Sequence record: SRR31156797_3786
Strand: one strand, 5' to 3'
DNA: 50,805 bases
Position 1 is the stretch's first letter. Every line of letters starts with the position of its first letter. Position numbers and translations under genes: made by a program. Shown here piece after piece: positions 38,169 through 48,415 of this stretch. Under the pieces are notes generated by a model. It did no database searches. It was not told where the DNA came from and saw only the letters and a list, made by a program, of their open reading frames with translations.

Positions 38169-39941
38169 TCAATCGTGCTGTACCGGCAAGGTTATGACAA
38201 ACATCGTTCCCTTGCCTGCTTCCGACTGCACGTTGATTGTTCCTCCAAGCTTTTTCAGTATACCGTAGGATATGGATAACCCCAGCCCGGTCCCTTTGCC
38301 TGTTTCCTTAGTGGTAAAAAATGGATCAAAAATACGGCGCTGCACATCTGCCGACATTCCCTCTCCAGTATCTGTGATTTTAACCTCTACAGTTTCCTGA
38401 TCAATTTTGCTGCTGCTGAGAAGGATTTGGCCGTCCTTGCCAATGGCATCCACCGCATTATTAACAATATTCAAAAAAACCTGTTGCAGTTGACTCCGAT
38501 CACTGACTATTTTCTGAACCGTGTCATCCAAATCGAAATCAATGCTAATCTGGTTATAGGTTGCCTCCTTGTCTAAAAAAGCAACGACATCCTGCAGCAA
38601 CACGTTGATCTCAATCTCTTCACTCTGAACATCCGTACGGCGCGCAAACCCCAGTAAACGGTGTGTAATGATCTTACACCGTATCACGCTGTTCTGGATA
38701 CCATCCAGAGCCCCCTGCATGTCTTCCTTATGTTTAAAAGGCCCTGTCATTTCAAAATAATCATTTACCAGCCCTGCTTTCTGATTGATAATGGAAAGGG
38801 GATTATTGATCTCATGTGCCACACCGGCTGCCAACTGGCCGATGGACGCAAGCTTACTGGCATTTTCAGCCTCAGCAAGAAAATGTTCTCTTTTTCGGTC
38901 ACACTCGCGGATGTAGGCGGTAATGCTCCTGCTAAGTTTTAAAATGATAAGTACTGCTATGATGATGCAGGAAAACAAAATAAAAAATAAGCGAAGCTGG
39001 AAAAAAAACCAGGCATTGCCATGGGTATACACCTCTTTTACCATAACCAGATCCCACGGGGTATTGTTCAAGGCCACAGCAACATGCAGGACCTCCTTGC
39101 CCTGCTCGGTCTCGCGGACCGATATCTTCGCATCCTTCTGCATAATTCCGTCGTGCTCAGGAAGAATATTTGACAGATCATAGTTCACCTCCTCCGGCAC
39201 AGTAAACCTGCTTACCTGTCCGAGTTTGCCAAACTTCCTCGGCTGCGTCTGGGCCACATTGTTTTTGTCAATCATGTAAATATCAGCAACGGAAGTGGTG
39301 CTGATGGTATCGACATACCGCTGCAGTGTTCTTCCGTCAATAGTGACCCTCAGCACCCATGATCCTTCCCGATCAGGATGCTCACGGCTCACCGCGATCA
39401 CAAAATGCGGAACCTCTCGGTATCCGGAAAAAACATGACTGATATACACCCCTCGGCTCAGCACTTCCTGGTACCACTCCTGGTGGGTATGATCATAGCC
39501 AACAAGCTGATAGGGACCAAAATAAGACTTTTGCCTGCCCTGGGAATCGATGATTTCAATGTCTGCAAAATCCGGATACTCCCGTTGTAAACGAACAAAA
39601 AGAGCCTCTAGTTTAGCCGGGTTAAGCAACTCCTGGTACCTGTCAGCGCTGCCGACAAATTTAACAATAGCCTGCAGCTTGGAAACAAAGCGCTCAACAG
39701 TGCTTTCCGCCTGTTCGATATCGAGCACCAGTTGGGTCAGTTCCTCTTTTTGCAGGAGCTGTTTATACTGGTAGTGAAAAAGCCCGGAAATCAGAGTAAG
39801 CGGGGTCAACACCAGGACAAAAAGCAGAATAGAAAGACTCCTCGCAAAAGTAGCATAATCCTTTTCCAAAACCACGCTGCTCGCTATATTGTCACCAAAA
39901 AACGGCAACATTCGCGACAAGCGTCCTTTTATCCATTTCAT
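38169..39941 (-). CDS. Membrane sensor histidine kinase (Cache-like periplasmic domain)
   Basis: Two TMs, AHEINNPL, QVFLNIVNNA, DTGEG, FFTTK..GKGTGLGL. Confidence 0.94.
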   Translation of the reverse strand: MKWIKGRLSRMLPFFGDNIASSVVLEKDYATFARSLSILLFVLVLTPLTLISGLFHYQYKQLLQKEELTQLVLDIEQAESTVERFVSKLQAIVKFVGSADRYQELLNPAKLEALFVRLQREYPDFADIEIIDSQGRQKSYFGPYQLVGYDHTHQEWYQEVLSRGVYISHVFSGYREVPHFVIAVSREHPDREGSWVLRVTIDGRTLQRYVDTISTTSVADIYMIDKNNVAQTQPRKFGKLGQVSRFTVPEEVNYDLSNILPEHDGIMQKDAKISVRETEQGKEVLHVAVALNNTPWDLVMVKEVYTHGNAWFFFQLRLFFILFSCIIIAVLIILKLSRSITAYIRECDRKREHFLAEAENASKLASIGQLAAGVAHEINNPLSIINQKAGLVNDYFEMTGPFKHKEDMQGALDGIQNSVIRCKIITHRLLGFARRTDVQSEEIEINVLLQDVVAFLDKEATYNQISIDFDLDDTVQKIVSDRSQLQQVFLNIVNNAVDAIGKDGQILLSSSKIDQETVEVKITDTGEGMSADVQRRIFDPFFTTKETGKGTGLGLSISYGILKKLGGTINVQSEAGKGTMFVITLPVQHD

Positions 39942-40291
39942 ATCCTCACCTCAGACAAGGTTGCTCCCGGCAATATACTTCCAGAAGTCAAAGCATTGAC
40001 GACCGCCTTCTCCATCGCATCCTTATGAGGACCGATAACCGAATCAATCACTGAGATTTTCTTCCATGTGAGAAACTGATAATATTTTTCCTCAATAGCC
40101 CCGCAGACAATGGCACCGATATTTTCCTTAAGAACAAGATCGCACAATTTTTCAGCGGAGAATTCAGACAAGATGATAGAACGGGGCTCTTCAAGCAGCT
40201 GCTGATCATAGCAGGTAGCAATAATCACCTCTGCGGTCAGATCAAAACGAGGGGCCACAAAGTCACCTCTGACTGTAATCAATATCTTCAT
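39938..40291 (-). CDS. NifB/NifX-family (dinitrogenase FeMo-cofactor-binding fold) small protein
   Basis: KILIT...VAPRFD, IVCGAI; 117 aa. Confidence 0.7.
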   Translation of the reverse strand: MKILITVRGDFVAPRFDLTAEVIIATCYDQQLLEEPRSIILSEFSAEKLCDLVLKENIGAIVCGAIEEKYYQFLTWKKISVIDSVIGPHKDAMEKAVVNALTSGSILPGATLSEVRI

Positions 40292-40301
40292 TGTCTTCCT
40301 T

Positions 40302-41699
40302 TCAGTTCAATCCATACTTTTTCAACTTTCTCCACAAAGTAGTCCTTCCCCAACCAAGCAATTCTGCAGCCTCTGTACGGTTCCCGCCGGTCTGCTTAAG
40401 CGCATCCATGATTTTTTCTTTTTCCAGCTCTGCCCACCCGCCAAGAGGCTTCGCTGCTGATACTCCGGAAGATATAGAGGAAGTTACCGACATGGAATAT
40501 GTGGCTGGCTGCGATGGAAATTGCTGAGGAGCTTTCAATACAAACTGCGGTAAATCGCCTTCTCCAATCTGTGCCTGCTGAGAGATATTCACGGCATACT
40601 CAACAATATTTCGCAGTTCACGCACATTTCCGGGATAGGAGTAGTGGGTTAAAATTTCGATAGCCTTTCTAGAAAATCCCTGAAAATTCTTGCCAAGGGC
40701 CTCAGCGAAATATCGCTGGAAATGATCCAGTAAAAGTCGTATGTCACCATCTCGTTCCCTTAGGGGCGGCATGTGCAGGTGGAGGACGTTGAGCCGGTAA
40801 TAAAGGTCTTCACGAAAACGTCCATGAAGCACCTCTTCCTTAAACGCACGGTGAGTTGCCGCAATCACGCGCACATTAACCCTTACTTTCTTACTACTGC
40901 CCACAGGGTAAAATTCCTGATCATCAAGCACTGACAGCAGCTTAACCTGAAGCTTCAGCGATAAATCACCAATCTCCGTGAGAAAAATAGTCCCCTTGTC
41001 AGCTAAACGAAACATCCCAATATGATCATTCAAGGCTCCGGTAAAGGCCCCCTTTACATGACCGAAAAGTTCCGATTCCAGTAGGGCTTCGGGCAGGGCG
41101 CCACAATTGACTTTAATAAAAGGATGCCGTGCTCGACTCGATGATTTATGCAGTTGCTCAGCAATCTGATCCTTGCCGGTACCGGTCTCACCAGTGATAA
41201 GTACAGATGCATCGGTGCGGGCCAGTACTGCCATAAGTTCAAAGATGGCCTCCATCTGACGACTGTGCCCTATAATCTCGGAACGGGTTTCACTCCTGAG
41301 ATAGTCGACTTTTGCTGCTTGCAGAGCTGACATGTCCTCCAGGACAATAAGTACACCTACCGGCCTCCCTTTTTTTTCAATCCTGGAAAGAGTAAAATGA
41401 ATGGGGATCGTAAGACGCGACTTGCTAACGATATTCCCGTCTCTGGCAACGGATTGACCGTCTTCAAGCACCTTTTTGCATATCTGATCATTACTACTGA
41501 GATTCGAACGAAGAATAAAATCTCCGTACACCCCAACAGCCTCATGGGCAGTAAACCCTGTCATGGCTTCTAGAATACGGTTCATGGCTACAATGCACAA
41601 ATCCGTATCCAAGAGGACAACACCATGGGGGATGGCATTGAGCAACTCCACCAGTTCAGGCATACTTTTCAGGGTAAACGTTGGTTTCATGACTGACAC
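40302..41699 (-). CDS. Sigma54-dependent activator (PAS-AAA+-Fis HTH)
   Basis: GETGTGK, ESELFGHVKGAFTGA, FREDLYYRLNV, PGNVREL, GWGRTTLWRK. Confidence 0.95.
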   Translation of the reverse strand: MSVMKPTFTLKSMPELVELLNAIPHGVVLLDTDLCIVAMNRILEAMTGFTAHEAVGVYGDFILRSNLSSNDQICKKVLEDGQSVARDGNIVSKSRLTIPIHFTLSRIEKKGRPVGVLIVLEDMSALQAAKVDYLRSETRSEIIGHSRQMEAIFELMAVLARTDASVLITGETGTGKDQIAEQLHKSSSRARHPFIKVNCGALPEALLESELFGHVKGAFTGALNDHIGMFRLADKGTIFLTEIGDLSLKLQVKLLSVLDDQEFYPVGSSKKVRVNVRVIAATHRAFKEEVLHGRFREDLYYRLNVLHLHMPPLRERDGDIRLLLDHFQRYFAEALGKNFQGFSRKAIEILTHYSYPGNVRELRNIVEYAVNISQQAQIGEGDLPQFVLKAPQQFPSQPATYSMSVTSSISSGVSAAKPLGGWAELEKEKIMDALKQTGGNRTEAAELLGWGRTTLWRKLKKYGLN

Positions 41700-41865
41700 T
41701 CATTAAGGACAATATACTTTTGCATATAATAGATACTGCATATCATGGGCAGCAACTCTTTTTCCTCTAAAAACTGTCTGCTGCAACATATACCAACCGC
41801 TGCAGCAGACAGCAGAAAGGGAACAATGGATGCTTGGGGAAGGGTGCCCACGTCCCCCTTCGCTC

Positions 41866-43320
41866 CTAAAGGGGAATATTATCAAAAAAACGTTTATTCA
41901 CGAACAGATGCACCACGATACTAGCTGCATACCCTAAAGCTATTGCCGGCAGCCATTTCAAATGACCAAAAAAAGTATACATTCCCTTGGACTGTCCCAT
42001 AAGCGCAACCCCTGCGGCAGAGCCGATGGACAACATACTGCCTCCGACCCCTGCAGTCAGGGTTACCAGCAGCCAATGCCCCAAGGACATTTCCGGCTCC
42101 ATGGTTAAGACGGCAAACATTACTGGGATATTATCAAGGATAGCGGAAAGAACACCCACCATTACATTGGCGGCTGTAGGACCCCAGTCCACATACATTA
42201 CCTGAGAGGCAATTCCAAGATAGCCGATAAACCCCAGACCGCCTACGCAGAGAACAACCCCATAAAAAAACATCAGGGTATCCCATTCAGCTCGGGCAAC
42301 ATTTCTAAAGACATCAAAGGCTACGGTATCGCCAAGGCGCTCTTCTGCTTTTTCAGGATCATATCCTGCAGAACCTTGCCCGTTGGTATGGGTTTTCTTG
42401 AGATAAAAGCCAAATATTTTCAAATAGGCAAGACCAGTCATCATACCCATCATTGGGGGCAGGTGGAGAAAATTATGAAAACTGACCGCTGTGGCAATAG
42501 TCAGCAAAAAAAGCAGCATGACCACCACGGCACCCCGCTTCATATGTACATTTGCCACACAAGAGGCCGGACTCACCTTGGGAACAGCAAAGCTCATTAT
42601 AACTGCCGGAACAAGCCAGTTGACAACAGAGGGAACGAACAGATTAAAAAAGGTTGTAAAATCAACCAGTCCTTTTTGCCAGACCATGAGGGTGGTGATG
42701 TCGCCAAAAGGACTGAAAGCGCCGCCAGCATTGGCTGCAACAACAATATTGATACAGGCTAAACCGATAAACTTGACGTTGTCCCTGCCAATGGCCATGA
42801 CAACGGCACACATAAGCATGGCTGTGGTCAGGTTGTCAGCTACAGGGGAGAGGAAGAATGCGAGAACGCCGGTAATCCAGAAGAGTTTTCGAAAAGAAAA
42901 ACCGGCACAGACCAGCTTGCTTCTCAAGGTTTCAAAAACCTGTCGTTCATCCATGGCATTGATATAGGTCATTGCCACCAGCAGAAAGAGAAAGAGTTCT
43001 GCATATTCAAGGATATTATGACGGACTGCGACCTCAGCCTCATGGGTAAAACCATTGCTGGCATAAATCCAGGCAATGAGCCCCCAGATAATACCTGCCG
43101 CCAGCAGCACTGGTTTTGACTTACGCATATGAGTATACTCTTCAGCGATAACCAGCCCATACGCAATAACAAAAATTACCAGGGATGCCACGCCCACCCA
43201 GCTGGTGGTCAGATCAATTTCGCCACCGCCTGCTGCCAATGCTGAATCAACACCAAAAACACCAATAAACAGGAGCAGCTGCGTTATAATAGTACCTAGT
43301 TTATATATCATCCTAGTCAT
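41866..43320 (-). CDS. nhaD: Na+/H+ antiporter NhaD
   Basis: MRKSKP, FLLVAMTYI, SPVADNLTTA, NAGGAFSPFGDITTLMVWQ, SAILDNIP, SIGSAAGVALMG. Confidence 0.92.
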   Translation of the reverse strand: MTRMIYKLGTIITQLLLFIGVFGVDSALAAGGGEIDLTTSWVGVASLVIFVIAYGLVIAEEYTHMRKSKPVLLAAGIIWGLIAWIYASNGFTHEAEVAVRHNILEYAELFLFLLVAMTYINAMDERQVFETLRSKLVCAGFSFRKLFWITGVLAFFLSPVADNLTTAMLMCAVVMAIGRDNVKFIGLACINIVVAANAGGAFSPFGDITTLMVWQKGLVDFTTFFNLFVPSVVNWLVPAVIMSFAVPKVSPASCVANVHMKRGAVVVMLLFLLTIATAVSFHNFLHLPPMMGMMTGLAYLKIFGFYLKKTHTNGQGSAGYDPEKAEERLGDTVAFDVFRNVARAEWDTLMFFYGVVLCVGGLGFIGYLGIASQVMYVDWGPTAANVMVGVLSAILDNIPVMFAVLTMEPEMSLGHWLLVTLTAGVGGSMLSIGSAAGVALMGQSKGMYTFFGHLKWLPAIALGYAASIVVHLFVNKRFFDNIPL

Positions 43321-43430
43321 ATCCTTTTGTATATGTATTCATGTTCATACCTATGATCAAAGCCGGAAAGGCATGGACAACTGCCTCCCAGCCATGATCG
43401 TTTATTATTATCTATTCAAGGCTGTTTTAC

Positions 43431-44924
43431 TCACATCACCTTTGGCACATAAATTTCCATCCCCATTAACGGCCAGATAACCGTAACCGCCAACCAGGTC
43501 ACCGCCATCAAGACAATACTGGCTGGGATACCGTAAAGAAAAAATTCGCCAGTCGTAAACTGCTTGGAACTGTAGGCAATGGCATTGGGGGCTGCGCCGA
43601 CTAAAAGCAGAAACGGCATCCCTGCCACAACCAGAGAAGAGAACAAGATTACCTCACCGGCCACCCCAAGATACGGCGCAATAACCAGGGCCACAGGAAG
43701 TGAGATGGCGATGGCAGCCACGTTCATGATGAAATTGGTCATCATCATCACAAAAAAGGCCATACCGAGGATAAATACCAAGGGTGGGGAATTCTGGAAT
43801 AGCACCAACCAGTTGACGGCCAGCCATTTTGCCGCCCCGGTCTCCCACAGACAGAAACCAATAGACATGGCACCGGCAAACAGGAGAATAATGTTCCATG
43901 GAATTTCTTCCAGATCATCAAGGTCAAGGATATTGCACAGGAAAAAAGCAATGGTTGAACAGAGCAGAATACCAGTCTTATGCAGACCGCCCAAAGCCGG
44001 GATAAAATTTTTCAGGGCAATAACAAGGATGGTAACGCAGACGATCACGGCTGTTAAAATCTCCTGCCTGCTCCAACTACCCAATTCTTTATACATCTTT
44101 TGGGATTTTTCCTTCAAACCAGGGATGGATTTTCTTTCCGGCCTAAAGGCGATCATAGCAAATCCCCATAAGAGAAAGGTCATCAACCATCCGATGGGAA
44201 ACATGTAGGTAGTGAGCTGGAAAAAGCTTATATCCACATTCATGATATCTTTATAAAAGCCCAAAGCCACCGCACCGCGGGCTGCACCGAGTAAGGTTAC
44301 GATACTCCCGGCACCGGCAACATAGGCCATACCAATAAACAGCCCTTTGCCAAACTTTGTCGATTCTTCTTCAGAATAGAGGGCATGAATGGCCATGAGC
44401 ATGGGGAACATGGTTGCCGCCACCGCTGTATGGGCCATAAGGTGGGTCAGGGCGGCGGTCATGACAAAACAACCCAACATAATCATGCTCGTCTTTTCAC
44501 CGACAATGGAAAGCATCTTATAGGCAATACGTTTGGTCAGACCGGTCTTTGTGAACACCATACCGATAACAATGGAACCAAAAATAAAAAGGACTGAAGG
44601 ATCCATAAAATCTTTGAACGCCACTTTAGGATCACGGATCATGAACAGGGCCTGCAAGGCACCAATGGTTAAACTGGTGATCCCGATAGGGACCACCTCA
44701 AAAACCCACCAGGTTGCAGCCAGTAAAAAAATCGCCAAGGCCCCTTTTGCCTGTTTACTCAGTTCAAAATGCTGGCCCATGGGGTCAATGGCATCCGGCC
44801 ATGGCGGACAGTAGTAGACAAATGCAAACAATCCTATACCAAGCAGCATAAATAAGAGGCGCTTCCAATCAAACTTCTTATGCACTTCAGGAAGACTTAT
44901 GTTTGTAGACTCTGCAGCAGTCAT
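43431..44924 (-). CDS. SLC13/DASS family anion:Na+ symporter
   Basis: WWVFEVVPIG, MAHTAVAA, IPWNIILLF, TNFIMNVAA, GAAPNAI; many TMs. Confidence 0.9.
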   Translation of the reverse strand: MTAAESTNISLPEVHKKFDWKRLLFMLLGIGLFAFVYYCPPWPDAIDPMGQHFELSKQAKGALAIFLLAATWWVFEVVPIGITSLTIGALQALFMIRDPKVAFKDFMDPSVLFIFGSIVIGMVFTKTGLTKRIAYKMLSIVGEKTSMIMLGCFVMTAALTHLMAHTAVAATMFPMLMAIHALYSEEESTKFGKGLFIGMAYVAGAGSIVTLLGAARGAVALGFYKDIMNVDISFFQLTTYMFPIGWLMTFLLWGFAMIAFRPERKSIPGLKEKSQKMYKELGSWSRQEILTAVIVCVTILVIALKNFIPALGGLHKTGILLCSTIAFFLCNILDLDDLEEIPWNIILLFAGAMSIGFCLWETGAAKWLAVNWLVLFQNSPPLVFILGMAFFVMMMTNFIMNVAAIAISLPVALVIAPYLGVAGEVILFSSLVVAGMPFLLLVGAAPNAIAYSSKQFTTGEFFLYGIPASIVLMAVTWLAVTVIWPLMGMEIYVPKVM

Positions 44925-44945
44925 CTTCTTTTCCTCATTCTTTAT

Positions 44946-45476
44946 TTAAGGCATCATGCAGACAGAATTGCACATTGCCACAAAGATCTCTTCCAAACGC
45001 AGGACACCAATAATGCTACCGTTATCCGTTACCGGGGTATCAAATTCGTTGCGACCGGACATCATTACCAGGGCCTCGAGCATGGGGGCGTCGGCACCAA
45101 TCGTGAAATCAATGGCCCGTATATGTTTTTTTATAGGGTTTTTCCTGCTCTTGCCGCACTCTGCATACACGGCCTCTTCATGGAGCAGGGCGAGGCCAGG
45201 GTATTCACCTTCTTTACCATCAAATTTTGCCACCTTGGCCCCTTCAAAAAGCCGGGGTGCAAATCCGTGTAAAACATCCATTAATGACAATTTACCGACC
45301 AGCTCATTGCTGTTATTCACCACAAAAAGCATTCCATATTTTATGCGTCCACCATTTTCCTGGCGAAGATCCATAAAGGTATGGATGGCCTCCTCCAGCA
45401 TCTGGTTTTCGTTGAGATAGGGATACTTCTCCAGTGGAATAAACAAATCCCTTACCTTTATTTGTTGCTGTTCCAT
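44946..45476 (-). CDS. CBS domain protein
   Basis: VRDLFIPLEKYP, VVN...LVGKLS..D, PVTD...IGVLR. Confidence 0.85.
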   Translation of the reverse strand: MEQQQIKVRDLFIPLEKYPYLNENQMLEEAIHTFMDLRQENGGRIKYGMLFVVNNSNELVGKLSLMDVLHGFAPRLFEGAKVAKFDGKEGEYPGLALLHEEAVYAECGKSRKNPIKKHIRAIDFTIGADAPMLEALVMMSGRNEFDTPVTDNGSIIGVLRLEEIFVAMCNSVCMMP

Positions 45477-45630
45477 GACACACTCCTTTTTTCCTCAAAA
45501 GGTTTTCAGCTGCCAGCACATTCCCCTTCATACTCAAAACGCACTTTTCCTGTCCGGGCCATACACAACAGCCATCCCACGCATTTACAATGAGTTAGGG
45601 GATATCCTTACTGCAGAACGCAGCAGATAT

Positions 45631-46071
45631 TTACCAGCTTTTGCTCTTTAAAATATGTTTGACCTCATCTGCTGATTTCTTTTCTATACCGGCCATCCGT
45701 TCTTGCTTAGCAGCCCGTATCGCCTCCATCAACACATTGAGATCAACTGGTTTTTCCAGGTAGTCTCGTGCCCCGTGCTTCATCGCTTCAATACCACTCT
45801 TTACAGTGGCATGGCCGGTGAGCATGATAACTTCAACATCAGGGCGCTTTGCTTTCACTCGTTGCAGGGTCTCAATGCCGTCGATGCCAGGCATTGCCAG
45901 GTCGAGCACTGCTACATCTATATTTCTGTCCTCCACCGCCGCTACAGCTTCCTCCCCGCTTATAACGGCAACAACTTTAAGACCTCTGGTTTCCAGACGC
46001 TGGGACATGAGGTCGATGAATTCTTCCTCATCATCTACCAGCATTACTTTGGTTGCAAATTGGCTGTCCAT
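45631..46071 (-). CDS. Single-domain response regulator with C-terminal helix
   Basis: LVDDE, LDLAMPG, LTGHA, EKP; ATG at 46071 preferred. Confidence 0.92.
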   Translation of the reverse strand: MDSQFATKVMLVDDEEEFIDLMSQRLETRGLKVVAVISGEEAVAAVEDRNIDVAVLDLAMPGIDGIETLQRVKAKRPDVEVIMLTGHATVKSGIEAMKHGARDYLEKPVDLNVLMEAIRAAKQERMAGIEKKSADEVKHILKSKSW

Positions 46072-46106
46072 ACCCGCCTCTCTCAATCAAAAGTTATAGA
46101 AAAATT

Positions 46107-47324
46107 TCAGGCCTGAGCCATCTTGGCTGCAGCCACTTCTTTGTATGCTTCGTCAATAATAGCTGTCAACTGCACAATATCGACAGGTTTCCGCAAATAC
46201 GCGTAGGCACCGAGTTCCATACATGTTTTTTTATCCTCCTCAGAGCCATGACCAGTAAGAATAATAACCTCTATTTCCGGTTTGGCTTCCTTGGTCTTCT
46301 TTAATACCTCTACACCTTGCATTCCCGGCATTTTCAAATCAAGGACCATCACGTCAGGTGTTTCGTGAGTCAAAAAATCCATGGCCTGTTCACCGTCAAA
46401 AAGAGGATAGGAACCATAACTACGCGTATTAAGACGGTCCGATAAGGTCTGCACAAATTCCTGCTCATCATCCACCAGCAGTACCTTGGGCGGCAACGTG
46501 AATTCCTGGTCACGGTATATTGAAACGTGGTAATCCTTACCGGCCACAACCTCAACCTGCTCCACTCCCTCCACCTGGCCAGCAATCGATGACAAGGTCT
46601 CCGAGAGTTTGGCAAAACTATGAACACTCTGATTGACCTGCAAGACAATCTTTGCGTCGCTGCAGCGAACCTCTGTGGTATACCCTTTGTAAAGCAATGC
46701 CAGCTCAACCCTTGCTCCAATAGTCATATCGTCAACAGCCTGCATCGACTCATCCGTTTCCATTACCGCTGGCTTACGATAATTTTCCATGATGAGCTGC
46801 ACTGCCTCTCCAGGCGTCTTAGAGCCAATCGGCAAGAAAATATCGTACAAGTCGTGATCGTTGGCAAGTTTACCATGCAGAAAATTCACCCAATCTCCTG
46901 CACTGGTATCATTTTTCTTAATCAGCCTTATAGCGCTTTTTTCGCTCACTCCCTCTTCAACGGCACGATGAATACGATTGGTTTTTTCATCAAAAATACC
47001 TACCTTCAAGATATGAGTAACAGCAGGCGGGATAAGATGACTCACAAAACCTGAGAAAATAACCCCTTTACTCCTCATTCGATCTGCCATTACCAACTTC
47101 AAGCAAGTCCTTATATTTTCTCGCTCTTGGGTAAATTTATTGAAAACTGAAGAAGGTCCATACACTGCTCGCTCCACTTTCTCTCTTCCAAATTGGTAAT
47201 GCCTGCATACCTCATCAATAATATCGGCATCCTGAACGACCTCATATCCGGAAACTGCTGCAAGCTGCTCCCGAATTTCCTTTTCTTGGGTAAAAGCGCT
47301 ATAAAACAATGCTATTGCGGACAT
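46107..47324 (-). CDS. Response regulator with N-terminal cytidylate-kinase-like domain, BON-like segment and C-terminal REC
   Basis: C-terminal LLVDDE/LDLKMPG/LTGHG/KP. The N-terminal HILKV...RIHRA...D...W...LYD pattern resembles the cytidylate-kinase-like family. Confidence 0.8.
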   Translation of the reverse strand: MSAIALFYSAFTQEKEIREQLAAVSGYEVVQDADIIDEVCRHYQFGREKVERAVYGPSSVFNKFTQERENIRTCLKLVMADRMRSKGVIFSGFVSHLIPPAVTHILKVGIFDEKTNRIHRAVEEGVSEKSAIRLIKKNDTSAGDWVNFLHGKLANDHDLYDIFLPIGSKTPGEAVQLIMENYRKPAVMETDESMQAVDDMTIGARVELALLYKGYTTEVRCSDAKIVLQVNQSVHSFAKLSETLSSIAGQVEGVEQVEVVAGKDYHVSIYRDQEFTLPPKVLLVDDEQEFVQTLSDRLNTRSYGSYPLFDGEQAMDFLTHETPDVMVLDLKMPGMQGVEVLKKTKEAKPEIEVIILTGHGSEEDKKTCMELGAYAYLRKPVDIVQLTAIIDEAYKEVAAAKMAQA

Positions 47325-47400
47325 ATTCTGCTCCTTTTGGTCTTGTTAAAAAATAATGCATTCAAGCATCAGATTTCTTGAACTTAATTCACCCTACATG

Positions 47401-47416
47401 AGCATATGCCGAGCCA
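47401..47416 (-). promoter_or_regulatory. Sigma54 (-24/-12) promoter of the DASS cluster
   Basis: Minus strand TGGCTC-GGCAT-ATGCT against consensus TGGCAC-N5-TTGCW, 76 nt upstream of the 47324 start; IHF-like TTTCAGATACTTA at 47447-47459. Confidence 0.7.
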
Positions 47417-47653
47417 GAAATGAAAAATTTTATATTATCCATATAATTTCAGATACTTAGTGAAGATTAACAATAACCACTCCTCCACTTGCCACCATTG
47501 CTGACGAAACAAACCGAAACGCTAAAAGTCCAGCACGTTTCTATTTGTTCCTGTTTGAAACCAACAGGTTTTCCTCTACCATTCCTTTGGAAAAAGCTAT
47601 TTTCATGGTATCTTGTCGTCATCATTTCAATCTGGTTACAAGGAGATCCGAAT

Positions 47654-48376
47654 ATGCATGTATCGTTCTTCTCGACCTGTCTCGTCGATAATGTTTTTCC
47701 TGACATTGGTATTGACTGTGTCAAGCTGCTCGAAAAACTTGGCTGTACAATCGTCTTTAACCCCAAGCAAACCTGCTGCGGTCAACCGCTTGCCAACAGT
47801 GGGTACCACCAGAAGGCCAAAAAAAGTATGTACCTCCTCCTCGACACCCTGCTCGAAGACGAGGCCGATTATGTTGTAGCCCCAAGCGGCTCCTGTGTCC
47901 TCCAGATCAAGGAGTATCAAACACTGTTTGCTGATGATGGACTCATGGCAGACAAGGCAGCTGAGCTTGCCAATAAAACTTTTGAGTTGACTGATTTTAT
48001 AGTCAATGTGCTGCAAAGAGACAGGGTGGAATCTACCCTTAAGGCAAAAGCCGTTTACCACCCCTCCTGCCATATGTCCCGGTTACTTGGCGTCAAGGAG
48101 CCGCCATTAACTCTCCTGGCAAACGTTACCGGCCTTGAACTCATCCCCAGTAAAAACCAGGATAAATGCTGCGGCTTCGGCGGCACATTCTCAGTCAAAA
48201 TGGCTGATTTAAGTGGGGCAATGGTTGCAGACAAAGTTGACAACTTCATCACCACCGGTGCCGACTGCGTTATCGGGTGTGATGCTGGGTGTCTGATGAA
48301 TATCAAGGCCCGACTTGAAAAGCTCAACCACCCGATGCAAGTCCTCCATATTGCAAATGTCCTGGCAAACTCATAG
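47654..48376 (+). CDS. lutA: Lactate utilisation protein A (CCG domains)
   Basis: FSTCLVD, QTCCGQP, PSGSC, YHPSCH, CCGFGGTFSVK, DAGCLMNI; ATG at 47654 with AGGAG RBS. Confidence 0.93.
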   Translation: MHVSFFSTCLVDNVFPDIGIDCVKLLEKLGCTIVFNPKQTCCGQPLANSGYHQKAKKSMYLLLDTLLEDEADYVVAPSGSCVLQIKEYQTLFADDGLMADKAAELANKTFELTDFIVNVLQRDRVESTLKAKAVYHPSCHMSRLLGVKEPPLTLLANVTGLELIPSKNQDKCCGFGGTFSVKMADLSGAMVADKVDNFITTGADCVIGCDAGCLMNIKARLEKLNHPMQVLHIANVLANS

Positions 48377-48415
48377 CTGCCTCGCCGTTCACCTTTACCT
48401 TATTGAGGGAACAAC

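Noticed and set aside
45477-45630. Short ORFs ending in TGA between the REC and CBS genes (e.g. MARTGKVRFEYEGECAGS)
   Set aside because: No convincing RBS, SECIS or recognisable motif.
47489-47653. N-terminal extension of lutA
   Set aside because: Overlaps the regulatory region; the ATG at 47654 has an AGGAG RBS and matches the LutA start.
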